64,000 nucleotides of DNA, taken from the human T2T-CHM13v2.0 reference genome, Homo sapiens. The translations under genes and the position numbers were made by a program. The DNA lies in assembly GCF_009914755.1 (NCBI RefSeq), contig NC_060929.1. The stretch is one strand, 5' to 3'. This document shows positions 29,679 to 42,731 of this stretch, piece by piece. Position 1 is the first letter of the stretch; each line of letters starts with the position of its first letter. The notes under the pieces are model-generated. The model worked only from the letters and a program-made list of their open reading frames with translations. It was not told the DNA's origin and made no database searches.

Positions 29679-30329
29679 GAATCAGTTCTAGAAGTTCAGG
29701 CCTATTAATATAAATATACTACCTTCATGAGTATAATCTTCTGGCAAAATGCATCTAACATTTTTGTTCAGAGATTATTGTTTTTCTGGCAATCATATTA
29801 AAAAAATAAAGAATAGAAAAGAAAAAAATGTTTTACTGTTAATCTAAAGTAGCAATTTTCAACTATTTTGGACTTTATACATATCTGAGTATCACAAAAA
29901 TCACAAACTTTGTGTCTATATTGGAATAGTGTCTTTGTGCAAATAGCTATTATATATGTCTGCCATGACAGTGGTCTTTGTTGGTTTCCAGCCAAAGGAG
30001 AAAAACAAGAAAATAAAAATGCCTTGGAACTCTGGCTCCTATAGATAGGTTATGGGCTAAAAGTTGTTGCAGGGGGTGGATCCGATTAAGTGAGGGTCAG
30101 ATTTTAAGAGCAGTAAGCTAATATATTTTTCTGCCCTGATTCTTTTAATCATTTTGGGGTTCTTGTTATAAGACAATTTCCATTATCGTAAACAAAGTTT
30201 GAATTCAATAAGGTTGTGCGATTACACATTCAGTGTGGGATTATAATAACCTATCCCAAGCTTGGTTTCTCTTTGACTATTTCTGTGCTTAGTTTCTTTA
30301 AGGCATTATAACCCTTCACATATGGTTCT

Positions 30330-30675
30330 AGAACACTGATTTTCAGTCTTAGTTGTACATTAGAATTATCTGGGGAGGTTTTGAAACTCCTAATGCCTAT
30401 GCCATACTCCAGATAAATTAAGTCAGAATCTCTGGGGTGAGAGCCAGGCATTGGTATTTTTTATAATGCCCCAGGTGACTCTAATGTGTAGCCAAGATTG
30501 AAAACCAGAGTTCCAGACCCATTTGCATCACTTTCATTGGGGTCCTTATTAAATAATCAGACATGGCTCCAAAACTATTAACTTCAAATCTCTATGGATT
30601 GGCAAGAGGAATCTGTATACTTATCTGGACCCCACATGATTCATATGCACAGCAAGTGTGAGATCCCTTAGTTTA
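30330..30675. mobile_element. Tandem MER5-family (hAT-Charlie) MITEs
   Basis: cattagaattatctggggag...agtcagaatctctggggtg...ccccaggtgactctaatgtgtagccaag, then a second more degraded copy. Confidence 0.75.
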
Positions 30676-30883
30676 CAGAGTTAAGGTGTCTCACACTGAC
30701 CGGCAAAGCCATTGGAAAGCAGGAAAATTTCTCGATTCTAGTCTGAAAATCTTCTAGGGTTGGAGACAAGTCCATTTTGGAAGTTTCTTTGGAGGTCTTT
30801 ATTTCACCAATATTTTTATATAGTTTGCAAGTGTCAGTAATAACTTCAGGTAAAAATTTACGCAGTTTTTGAAGTGAATTCTT

Positions 30884-31228
30884 GGCCTGGCATGGTCATT
30901 CATACCTGTAATCCCAGCATGTTGGGAGGCCAAGGTGGGGGAATTGCTTGAGCCCAGGATCTCAAGACCAGCCTGAGCAACATGACGAAACTCTGACTAT
31001 ATAAAAAATACAAAAATTAGCTCAGCATGGTGGCATGCCTATGGTCCCAGCTACTTGGGAGGCTGAGGTGGGAAGATCATTTGAGCCCAGGAGATGAAGG
31101 TTGCAGTGAGCCAGGATTGCACACCACTGCACTCCAGACTGGGTGACAGAGTGAGACCTTGTCTCAAAAAAACAAAACAACAACAACAACAACAAAAAAA
31201 TAAAAATAAAAGAAAAAGAGGAAAGAAT
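30884..31228 (+). mobile_element. AluJ
   Basis: ttgcttgagcccagg AluJ diagnostics; TSD tgaagtgaattctt/tgaggtgaattctt; (CAA)n tail. Confidence 0.95.
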
Positions 31229-31699
31229 GAGGTGAATTCTTTATTAGGGAATATTGGTTTTCTAGTGGAAAAGTATACTGTACAACCACCAGTACTGTAC
31301 ACCAGGTATTTGGTAGATACACCTGATAGCAATAACTTAAGCATACCCTGAGAATGACTCTGCATGGCACATGCACCCAACAACAATGATAAGCTAAGTA
31401 GAGGTTGCCAGGTAGAGGGCATTAAGTGAAAAACGCTATATTAACTGCATGCTTTCTGCAGGCAGTGGTGGCTCTCCTGTCCAGCCTACTGCCACTGGGC
31501 AGCTCTGTATGTAATTCCCCCTTGATAAACCCTGTCTCCTTTGCTGGCTCTGGGTCTGCTCTTCAGCCTCTCAAACCTAGTGCCATCCCTACTGAAGTAA
31601 ACAGAGGTCCAGCATGACAACAGGAGGTCAGAGAAAACTCCATGAGTGCCCAGAAGATAGGATCTGAGAAGGAGAAATCTGCGAGATAAATCCTAGGCT

Positions 31700-32830
31700 G
31701 GCCATGCATGTCTGTGTGGGGCCTGGTAGCTGTTATACTTGATGGATGGGGCCCACCACATGAGTATGGAGGTGCCTTGAAAACACTGAGTGGTCTGGAA
31801 GAGTTGTTGCAGGGGGTGGATCTGACTGAGTGAGGGTCAGATGCCTGAGCTGTGGGAGCCACAGTTGGTGGGCGGCTTCTGACCCTGCTCCAAGCAGCCA
31901 TAGAGGCTGAGCTCATGGTGCAAGTGAGGGTCTGCCAGTTGCAGGACGAGCTGTGACTACAAAGAGGTGCCAGACAAAATGGAGACCCTGGCTTTTCAGG
32001 TAGCCTGTATGAAGAGTCACCAACTCCCCTGCACCCACTGGAAGCAGACTCGCACGACTGCCCCCCTCTCCCGCCCCCTGGAAGACAGCAGCGCACCACA
32101 ATATGGGACGACCCCACTGTAGAATTGGTGGAGCTAAAAACAGGTTAGGACAGAAGGGTAGAGAGTCAATCATGGGGTGGCTTCTCCATCTGTGGAACAT
32201 GCAGGCAGAGGCTATTATACTCTCCAGACTTGAGATGAGTAAAATGGCAAAATGGCATCCATCACAAACCACCCGGCCTGGAAGCAGCACCTCTGTGGTG
32301 CCAGTAATGCAGACGGGGCCATCCCCCTCCTCAGCTGGGTGAGTGTTGCTGCAAGATAGCCAGGCCAAGTGAGGGAGATGTCCCCACGTGGCCTTTGTGA
32401 TGACAGACTATGGAGGGATTGCAGGGCACTCCTCCGGGAATTAGGAGTGAAGCATGCTATCTATGCTGAGCATTGCCAAGGTCCCAGCAATGAACTTTTC
32501 TTGCTGGCATGAAAGACGCCATCTAAGAGTCCCTGCCAAACCAAAGGTATGGTGCACTCGTCTGTGCGTGGGGTTGTGAGGGGGTGGTGGTGCACTGCTG
32601 GGATGAAAGACAAAGGAGCCAAAGGAAAGGAGACAGATGAGGGGCCCATCAGGGTGGCCTGCTGAAGACATGGCATGGCATGCTAGCAGGAATGCCTACT
32701 GTGAGGGTGGAGACAACCTGATGCTGTCTTGGTCAGGCTATGGCAGAAGCTCAAGCCAGAACAAAGTTTCATTAAAGAGCCTCAGGCTCAGTTCACTGCC
32801 TCTCCTGCAGAGAGATGGCAAGGGCAGGCA
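31700..32830 (+). pseudogene. Decayed ERVL gag
   Basis: Fragments LQAAIEAELMVQVRVCQLQDEL and NRLGQKGRESIMGWLLHLWNMQAEAIILSRLEMSKMA resemble ERVL gag; stops and frameshifts present. Confidence 0.7.
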
Positions 32831-32899
32831 CTTTTAGACCTGGATGAAGGCCAAGGCTTCAAAATTCTGATGGGAGCAATGGTGGCCAGGGTGTCTGAG

Positions 32900-33230
32900 G
32901 ACAGAGGCCATATGTAGAACTAACTATATATTGGACAAATAAGAATAGGCTGTGCTTGCCCTAGTGGATACTAGAGTGGAATACACTCTCATATATGGTA
33001 ACATTCATCAGTTCAAAGGGCCTATAACAACAATAGATGGTTATGGAATGGAGGGGGTACCTATTTTCCATTGCATTAATGATATGCTGGTTTCTAAGTC
33101 TTTTTCCAGCCTGGAGGCTGCAGCCCCCACCTTGTTGTCCCACTAGGCAAATGGAGGATGGATGGTTGATGCAGAGAGGGTCCAAGGTTCAAGCGTTTTG
33201 GTCAGGTGCTTGGGTGTCATCTGGTTAGAT
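32900..33230 (+). pseudogene. Decayed retroviral protease and short pol fragment
   Basis: LALVDTRVEYTLIYGN...ITTIDGYG (DTG motif mutated to DTR, flap-like IDGYG); QGSSVLVRCLGVIW resembles the ERVL RT QGP...VKFLG..W motif. Confidence 0.7.
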
Positions 33231-34765
33231 GTTAGGCAGAGAACCTCTTCACTGACTGGGCGCAGACTGTGGCCTCTCTCTAGAACAAGACGGACTGTTG
33301 GGTCTATGGAGAGCTGCTGCTTTCCACCATGGGCCTGCCGTGGCATGTACAGGATCAACTCCCAAGTGCTTGGAAGAACAATCTTTGCAGAGTGATTGTT
33401 ATTTGTTTTTTGTTGTAGTTTTTAGTGCTGCTGCCACATCTGGCAGCAATGCTCCTCTGCATACCTGGCCCTGGGGAAATCACGGAAGAATGATACGATA
33501 AAAATGTTAGGGCCATTCAAGGAGATTCTGAGCTGAGGTGTATGGTAAATCCACCTGATAGCAATAACGTCTTAAGCTAGGTGGAGACTGCCAGGTGGAG
33601 GGTGTTAAGTGAAAATGCTATTTAAACTGCATGCTTTCTGTAGGCGGTGGCAGTTCTGTCCAGCCCGCTGCTACTGGACCACACTGTATGTAACCTCCAC
33701 TTCAATAAACCCCATGTCTCATTGCCTGGTTCTGGGTCTCTTTGGCCTCTCGAACCTTGTGCCATCCCCACTGACATTAATAGCAATCCAACACAACAAA
33801 AAGCTAAAAGAAGCCATCAAGTTAAAATTATAAAGAGTAACTTAAAGTAAGAATTAATGATAAGAGGAATTCTAGAAAAGTATGGAGCTACATAGTGAGC
33901 CTTAGCCTCCCCCTGCCTTACTACACAAAATGTTTCCTAAAAAATTATAATTGTTTTTAAAGGAAGGGAAAAAAATAAAGACCCATAGCAATCCCCATTA
34001 TATTTTAAAGTATTAGTCCATTAGGCATACCTAACTTTTTAAAGTTTGTAAAGTATGTCCTGAAACGCCTCATCTGATCTTAACACACATCTGTTTAGAG
34101 AAGCAGGACAAAGGATTGTTAATCACAGTTTTTAAAGAAGTGTTATTTCCACACTCAACAGTGTCAAGGTCTCAGTGCTTGTTGAAGTGAACTGAATTAC
34201 TGGATGAGAAACCTTAGGCACAGATCCATTAAATGCCGAATGACGCTTCATCAACTTACCAAGATAGAGTTGTATCAGAAACTCAGGTCCAACCAGAATT
34301 CCTCCCCTCACAGCATGGTTCCTCCAGTATCATTTGGTGATTGAAGGTAGTGGTCATTCCTTAAGTCAGTAATCCTCAAGTTTGGTGTACTGAAGGATCA
34401 TATGGATGTTTTTAACTAAATTCAGGCTACCAAGCAAAAATTCTGATTCAACAGGGCTGAAGTGGGGCCAGTAATCTACATGTTTAACAAGTGTAACATA
34501 GAAGACAAAGCACGTAATTGCCAAATATGTGATTAATGCAATTAAGAATGATCATGAAAACAGCAAATATCATTGACTAACTTTGAGAAAAGTGAAATAT
34601 GGAAGTTACAAAAGTGATTCATGACCCCAATAAATATTGGTTAAATGTAGGACTGCATTAATCACTAATATACAATTAAGACCAAACTGACTTAAAGTAG
34701 TTAGAATATACAAAGAGGGAAGTTTTTGATTGTTTTTTTCTGGCCAACTTTCTCAGTGGTAAAAA

Positions 34766-34771
34766 ATATAT

Positions 34772-34815
<44 letters not shown>

Positions 34816-34908
34816 TGTATGTATAATATATTGTATATATATTATATATATTGTATAAAATATATTATATATAAAATATATTTCCATATATATATAATAT
34901 ATATATAT
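34766..34908. repeat. Long interrupted (TA)n tract
   Basis: Directly visible. Confidence 0.95.
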
Positions 34909-35316
34909 TAGGGAGCCTTTTATCTTGAGCTAATGTGATAACATGGGCCACTTCTCCTAAACTGTCCTGTTTCTTTCCAGGCTCAGTGGGCTCCCAGATC
35001 AGCCCTCTTTTCTTGAAAAGTAGGAAAGAAGAAAATGTGCTCTTAAAAGGAATCAAAGGCTCTGGAGCTGTGCACAGGTAGAGAAGAATGTACAGAATGC
35101 CTTCTGTGGGAAGATGGGAAGGAGTTCTGGGAGTGAAGAAATAACCTTTCTCTATGGCATTACATTTGTTACCAGGCAATACATAAAATACAATTACTCT
35201 AGCCAGTCCCAAATGCAGCTGTCAGCACAAAACTGCTTGCTTAAAAATGCTTTTCAAAAGTTTGACCTGTAGACAATTTTGGTGCTCAATTCATTCTATA
35301 ATTTACACACACAGAG

Positions 35317-35378
35317 GTGTGTGTATGTGTGTATATATGTGTGTGTGTGTGTGCCTGTGTGTGAGCGCATGCGTGTGT
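35317..35378. repeat. Interrupted (TG)n
   Basis: Directly visible. Confidence 0.85.
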
Positions 35379-35494
35379 TTCACATTCTTCTATGATATAT
35401 ATATATATAAAATTTGATAATTCTATACCAAATCCAATACTAATCATTATTCTTATAAAGTTATAACCTCATGCTACTTTCATTACCATAAAAA

Positions 35495-36330
35495 GGACAT
35501 CTAATAGCTGAAATCCAAAACACAACGAGTGCTGGTAAGGATGTAGAACACAGGGACTCTCATGCATTGCTGCTAAGGATACAAAACAGCCATGTTGGAG
35601 ACCTTTTGAAGCTTCTTTTACAAAACTGAATGTACTTTTACCATAAGATCTAGAAATTGCACTACTAGGTATTTGCCCAAATGAGCTGAAAACTTATGTC
35701 CACACAAAAACCTGCCATGAATGTCTATAGCAGCTTTATTTATAATTGCCCAAAACTAGAGGCAACCAAGATACTCTTCAAATGCCAAATTTATAAACAA
35801 ACTATGGTACATCCATAAAATGGATTATTACTCAGAGGTAAAAGTAAATAAACTATTAAGTCCTAAAAACACACGGAGGAACCTTAAATACATTGATAAG
35901 TGAAAAAAAATCAGTCTTAAAAGGCTACATACTATGTGATTTCAATTACATGACATTCTGGAAAAGGAAAAACTACAGAGACAGTAAAAAGATCCGTGGC
36001 AAAGGTTGAGAGAAGTAGGAAAGGATAAATAGGTGTACAGGGGATTTTTAGTTTAGCGAATCTGTTCTATATGATACTGTGACAGTACATACATGATATT
36101 ATACATTTTTCAAATCCCACAGAACTATACAATACAAAGAGTGAACTCTAAACTACGGACTTTGGTAATAAGGTAACAGTATTGGTTCATCAATTATAAC
36201 AAATGTATCACAGCAATGAGATATGTTAATAAGAGAAATTATGTAGGAGGAGGGATATATGGGACTCTGTACTTTCTGCTTGATTTTTTGGTAAACCTAA
36301 AACTGCTGTAAAAATTAAGTCTATTAATGA
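35495..36330 (+). mobile_element. L1MC/MD 3' fragment
   Basis: gctggtaaggatgtaga...aaacttatgtccacacaaaaacc...gggactctgtactttctgct...taaacctaaaactgct. Confidence 0.88.
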
Positions 36331-36764
36331 TAAAACCCCAAAAACATTTTAAAAAGCATATGGAGGTAATAATGCCGATGCTGGAAATAATTTTTCCAAT
36401 TTGTCACATATTGATAAAATAGTTGTTAAAATAGACCTATTAACTATATATTTGTCACTCCTGTATCATGAAATTTAAAGTTCTTTAAATGTCTAGCTAT
36501 TTTCCAAAAGACATTTAGTTAACATTCTGTCATATAGGACAAAATTTAAAAGTCCCCCAATATAGCTGTCTGAAAAATTGTTTAATTTTCTTTTTCCAAA
36601 TGAAATGTTCACGCCATATTTGTACAACTCTCATTTTTATTGATTTTCAGTATAGTTTTGATTTTCACAAACCTTAAATATTTTGCCTATATTTATTATT
36701 ATGTAACTGAACGTGATAGTTGCTAAGCTATGAAATTATCACTTTTGGCTATTCAAAGCCTTAT

Positions 36765-36925
36765 GTAGTATTTCTCAAATTTCAGTGTATATGAGAGTCA
36801 ACTGGGAATTATTTTAAAATACAGATTCTGATTCAGTTGATTTCAGGTGATGCCTGTTTATCTGCATTTCTAATAAACTTCCTGAAGATCCTGATGCACG
36901 AGCACATTTGAGTAGCAAGGTTCTA
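36765..36925. mobile_element. MER5A-like MITE
   Basis: tttctcaaatttcagtgtatatgagagtcaactggga...cagattctgattcag...ctgcatttctaa...tttgagtagcaagg. Confidence 0.75.
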
Positions 36926-37526
36926 AATATCTAGGTCATAAAACTATTACCACCATGAAAAACAAACCCAGATACCTAGCAATCCTTGCAAGAGTTTAAA
37001 GAGCTCTTTTTCTGTTTTTCCTAGCTGAAGAAGCTTCCAGGGCCCCTAGCACTTCTATAGCTGCTTTCTCAATATATCACCCTTTTCAATTTCATCTATA
37101 AAGAGGACAGCTTGCTAACCTTTGTACAGTGAGTAAGCTATCCATTTATTCATAATACTCATGGCTTATATGAACCAAAGACCATCTATTTCCAGTTCAA
37201 TTATCCAATTTGTACGTCTAAAAATCACAGAGAGATCAAATGACTGACTCAGGGTCACTTATTTAATAACTGTAAAGGTCAGGTCTCAAATCTGGGTTTC
37301 TGCTTCCAAATCCAGTCCTTTTTCCTCTGTTTTCTGTTGCTTCTAATAATGCAATGCAGAAAATAGGGACTAGGTGGTTTAGACAACAAAATCCAAGTTC
37401 CCACTGCAATTCCCACTGCAATTCCTAACATGGGTTTAAAATCTTGTTGTGGGGGTGGTCAGATGTATTAAGGGGAAAGATTTCTTTGTGCTTTGAAATG
37501 TCTTGAAATTCAACAAAATTATATTA

Positions 37527-37645
37527 ATTTATAAGCTTGTCTGAATATAGTATGAAGCTATATTTTATATATTGTTTGAACAGAGTATGAAGCTATAGTT
37601 TGAATATAGTATTTATAAGCTTGTTTGAATATAGTATGAAGCTAT
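37527..37645. repeat. Complex local duplication of a 34-bp unit with partial copies
   Basis: atttataagcttgt(c/t)tgaatatagtatgaagcta at 37527 and 37611, with partial copies between. Confidence 0.85.
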
Positions 37646-39209
37646 GAGAGAAAAGACTTGGGGTGGCCAGTCTGTTTCCCTCTGGGCACTGCCTCTGATG
37701 CCACATCACAGGGTAAGTAAGGGTAAGTAACATGGTCTTCATGGGATTAAGTGAACATCAAGGCTCCTGAGATTCTGGGCTCCTATCTTTATCTTTCCAG
37801 GGCTGTTTTGAAGTGTCCATGTGTGAAGGCTGAGCAGTGATGCTAGCTAGCATCAGGGAGACCTAGCCTTGGCACCTCTGGGCCCAACCTGAGAAAAATC
37901 AATAGCTTTTCATTGCTTTGTTGGTGATCTGAGCTTTTAGGGACAATTCCAAGTAGTTTAGATGCCCGTTGTACAAAGCACACACGCCCATGCACTACAA
38001 TAGGTTTCTACGGAAATTCTACAAACTTCTGGCCATGGCATGTCTCCAGAAAAGTACAAGATGCTCCCAAAGTCACAGAGCCTGAAGGCACTCTGTTTTT
38101 TGCTGGTGCTTGGATACAGCTCTCGCTGACAAATCCAGCTTTGCCTTATCGTTCTTAATACCATTGTCTTACCCATCAATACAGTAATCATGGCTTGCCT
38201 ATTCCTTCCCCACTCTTCCTACTATGTGTCATTCCCCTGTCTCTGATCAACATTCTGTCCCTCCTTCAAGACTCAGCTTGCATGTGGCAACCTCTGTGAG
38301 AATCTCCCTGACAGCTTAGAGTTGGCTGTGGCCCCTCTGCTTGCTGAACACCTACAGTGCTAAGGCACCACACCATTCCTTTGACATTTATGTTCACCCC
38401 TCCTTCTAAGAAGAAATCATCACTAGTGGGATCTACTTTCTTTAACCTTCCAAGATAAATAAGAATTGGGATTTAAAAAAGAAGTGCAGGTAGCATACTT
38501 ATTGAGCTTTCAAAGATTTTCACACTAAAAATGCCAACATGTAAGAAGGAGAAAACTGGCTTAAGGGCAGGGTGGCAGTTTTGTGTTTTGTTTTTTTTTT
38601 TCTGGGTATCATCTCTGAACCTAATCACCAGAGTAATTTTTGGAAAACTTAAAGGATGTGGCTTTAGGACAAATATGAAAGAGACAGATATCAGTTTAAT
38701 GTAAAGTGCATCTTTTGGCAAGGATAGTGGGGCAATAATAAAAAGGGATGACCAGAAGACTACAAACTTCCCATGCCACTGGGAGGATTGAAACACAGTC
38801 TAGGAGTCCTCCACTGTGGACATGGTGTATTCCATGGGAGAGAAGCAGCATTAGCCAAAGCCAGGGCTCTCTTCTGCTCTCAGATTCTATGATTCTACTA
38901 CAAACAAGAATGATGATGGCTTGTATACTTTGTAATCAATAATAATAAAAGTACAATGACTATGAATAACTTACTGTGCTGACAGTGAATCCCATTAAAT
39001 CCTCGGGGACATTTACAAACATAGCCTATGAATGTATCCCCTCGGTATGCTTCACTTATTTCACAGGTTCCTCCATTATGGCATGGATTAGGAGTGCAGG
39101 GACCTGAAAGACAGAAAAAAATATTTCTGCTTGATGCATATTCTTAAAAGTAGACATTAGGTCAACATTTTGCAATTAATAATTTTACAGAAAAAAGTGT
39201 TCTAGATAT

Positions 39210-39470
39210 TAGTGGCATAGTAAATGTACTGGTTGTATGAGCTCTGGAGACTAATGGCCTGGGTTTGAATCTTGGTTTCACCACTTCACAGGCGTGCAGT
39301 CTTGAGAGATTTACTTACCTTCTCCATGCCTGTTTCCTTTTCTGTTAAATGTCAATACTAAAAAATTTGCCTTAAGAGGTTATAATACAGATGAAAAGAG
39401 TTCATACATATAAAATACCCAGAACAGTGTCTGTCACATGTAAAGTACTCAAAAAATTATTAGCATTAAA
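39210..39470 (+). mobile_element. MIR SINE
   Basis: gctctggaga...cctgggtttgaatcttggtttcaccactt...cctgtttccttttctgttaaatg...agaacagtgtctgtcacatgtaaagtactcaa. Confidence 0.85.
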
Positions 39471-39821
39471 TTAGATATTATTAAAATTTCTGAATTGTAG
39501 AATACCTTCTGGGTGTTTAAAAAGTAATATTGAATAGCAATTTCTGGAGTTGTATTCACAACTCCACAATTTTTGTCCCCTGCTGGTACAAGCAGCATAT
39601 GGCTGTAACCACATAAACCAAGTGAATTGGATAGCTGGCTGCAAAGCTTTTATAGAGTATGAGTTTATGGTGGAGCATACCTCTGGGGAAGCACATTTTC
39701 TGCCAATCTAAAACGAGCAGTCCGTCAAAAGTTGCATACTTAGAGAAGAGGGGCTGATGGTCATTTTTAAACTTGAGAAAGTAACAGCAGATTATTTAGT
39801 ACCTGTGGCTGCTAATGAAAG

Positions 39822-40276
39822 TGTGGTGCTGCTCAGAGCTCTCTTGGAGAAAACCAGCTGCCAGGAGTGTGGTTAGCTGACAACATTCAGCTACTGAACC
39901 ACAGGATCTGCTGTGGCAGCATTTATTTTAAGGCCAGGCTCCCCAGCCAAAAACTAAATACCAAAGGGGCATAGAGCTAGCTGGGCCAGTCGTGCCTGAC
40001 CTGAGACTTCTCTAATAAACATTCTGTACTCTGAGGTGCCCCAATGGTGTGGCTGAGATTTTTCTTAAAACCATAGCAGTTTGAGACTTTTTCTATGCCA
40101 TGTTCTCTCCTTCCTTTTCTCCCTTCAAAGTGACAGGCTATGTCACGGTCTGTAGGCTCATCCTATCTACTCTTGCTCTCTCTCCCCTTTGTGCATCACA
40201 GACATTCCCCCCAAAAATCTTTTACACTTTTAATTCTATCTTACAGTCTTCTTCCTGCAGGATGTTAATTGACTCA
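39822..40276 (+). mobile_element. LTR16-family (ERVL) solo LTR
   Basis: TG start tgtggtgctgctcagagc; ggttagctgaca...ggatctgctgtggc; 3' cttttacacttttaattctatctt...tcttcttcctgcagga. Confidence 0.7.
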
Positions 40277-40727
40277 GGACAGAATCCAGACTTGAGATTG
40301 TGAAGAAGGGAAGAGTCAAGTTGAAGGAAGGAAAAGCTCTCCCTGGGAGATGAAAAAAGACAAAAACAAAAAACTACAGTTTTCTCTAATTTAGTCTGTA
40401 CTGATTTTAATTGGAGAGAGTAGAACATATTTATAAGGAAAAGAAAAGCCACTGAAGAGGAAGTTAAGATGTACATATTAGAAAAGGAAAGCAAGGGTAA
40501 TTAAACTAAGTATCTGACTGTGTATGAAGAGGTGATTTTGAGAGCCCTAGAGGATTTGTTCAGAAAAGGAGTGAGTGTGTTCAGCTGAAACAAGAAGCAA
40601 GGTAGAAGAGCTGGACAAATGAATAATAATAACTTGAGTCAACTGGGTTGGGGCAAGGGTATTGAACAGAGAGTGCTATAGAGAATGACTCCTCCTGCAT
40701 GGGTCAAAGCCACTAATAAAAACAAGA

Positions 40728-41074
<347 letters not shown>

Positions 41075-42407
41075 CTTGTGAATAGGAAAAAAAAAATCAC
41101 CAGCATCACTTCAAGCACTGCAATCGGACCTCAACCATGGGTGGGAAGCACTTAGAAGGTGGGCAACTTTGTCATGCACTGGGGCAAGATTTTATGAATC
41201 TATTTCTTCTTCTGAGAGCTGTATTTGACCCTCCATTTTTTTCCATTTAAAATGTTATGAAATTCAACGGTTGTGGAGTCTAACAAAGAAACACATGGAA
41301 CAGGAAACAATGTGGCAACTGTACAGTTCCCGGACCTTGACTTCCCGATAGGACTGATTTTCAAAAAGTAAAAAGGATTCAGGGGCTCTGTGATTTTTTT
41401 TTTTTGTCAGCACCACACCAATTAAAAACAATATATTTATTTAAGTAGACAGTTTTGTGCTGTGAAGCACATATCAATTAAATTATCTAACACCTGCCTT
41501 CGAGGTGGTACATTGCCAATATTTGAGACAGGAAAGAAGGTGAATGACCAATGACTAGTTATAGAACAATTTGAACCATTTTCTTTCATTGCTACAAAAT
41601 GAAAATCATGCTGCAGAACCTATCTCTCCTTCTCCTCTCTCTGTTTCCACTTCCTCCCTCCTCACAAATTAATTAACATTTGATAGTGCCTTACAATTTA
41701 TAAACTCTTTTCACATAAATCATCTCATTTATTCTTTACTATAACTTAGGTCTTCGTCATTATCATTCTCTTTTACAGTTTTTTTTTAAATACTGAAGGT
41801 CAGAAAGATTATATAATATTTCTCAATCAATATCTACCAGTGACAGATTGAGGCCTCAGACTAAGAATCTGGGATTCTAAAACCTATACCCCTCAGAGCA
41901 TCAACTAACTGGGGAGGGGAGAATGAAATGATAGTGATGTTAGAGTTTTGACTCATCAATTCACTTCAAATGAGAGTAAAAATGATAGATTTTGAAACTA
42001 ACTGATAACTGACAGCCAAGCACATAACCGCTAAAGAAAAAAATATATAAATAATTACAGTCAAAAATTATATAATTTTAAGCAAATAAGAGTCCTTGGA
42101 GATCACTTAATCCAACTTTCCAGTTTTGCAGGTGAGGAAAAAAACCAAATACGAATTCAGAAATGTTCCCTAGAAACAACTTAATATGAGAAAAATTAGG
42201 TTTAAGGACTTGTTCCTAGGAGGAAAAATAGTTATTTAAACCAAAACTGGTAAGAAATTACCGAAGAGAGTGGAGTAATTTATATCACAGAGAAAATAAG
42301 TCTTCCATGCTCCTTCACACTTACAGGGTTGGACGAGGGAGGAATAGAAAATGACTGAAACAGTAAGTCCTCTGCGAGTTCTTGAGAGCAGTTAAAACAG
42401 TGATTCT

Positions 42408-42731
42408 GGGCAGGTGCGGTGGCTCACGCCTGTAATCCCAGCATCTTGGGAGGCAGAGGTGGGTGGATAACCTGAGGTCAAGGAGTTCAAGACAAGCCTG
42501 ACCAACATGGTGAAACCCCGTCTCTACTAAAAATACAAAATTAGCCGGGTGTAGTGGCGCATGGCTATAATCCCAGCTACTTCGGAGGCTGAGGCAGGAG
42601 AATTGCTTTAACCCGGGAGATGGTGGTTGCAGTGAGCCAAGATCGTGCCATTGCACTCCAGCCTGGGCTCCAAGAGCAAAACTCCATCTCAGAAACAACA
42701 ACAACAAAACAACAACAACAAAAAACAACAA
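42408..42731 (+). mobile_element. AluS (Sq/Sx-like) with (CAA)n tail
   Basis: Full Alu; TSD agtgattc. Confidence 0.95.

Larger units (their letters stand above)
31307..33800 (+). mobile_element. Internally deleted ERVL provirus (LTR47/ERVL47-like) with two LTRs
   Basis: Direct repeats 31307-31622 and 33539-~33800 (tggta.at.cacctgatagcaataac ... taagtgaaaa.gctatattaactgcatgctttctg ... gtgccatccc) flank decayed gag, pro and pol fragments. Confidence 0.85.

Noticed and set aside
31563-32368. Longest ORFs in the window (184 and 151 aa, minus strand)
   Set aside because: Antisense to GC-rich decayed ERVL gag; no independent coding evidence.
37527-37645. Repeat-spacer-repeat pattern reminiscent of CRISPR
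   Set aside because: Eukaryotic DNA, only two full copies, and the spacer is made of repeat fragments.
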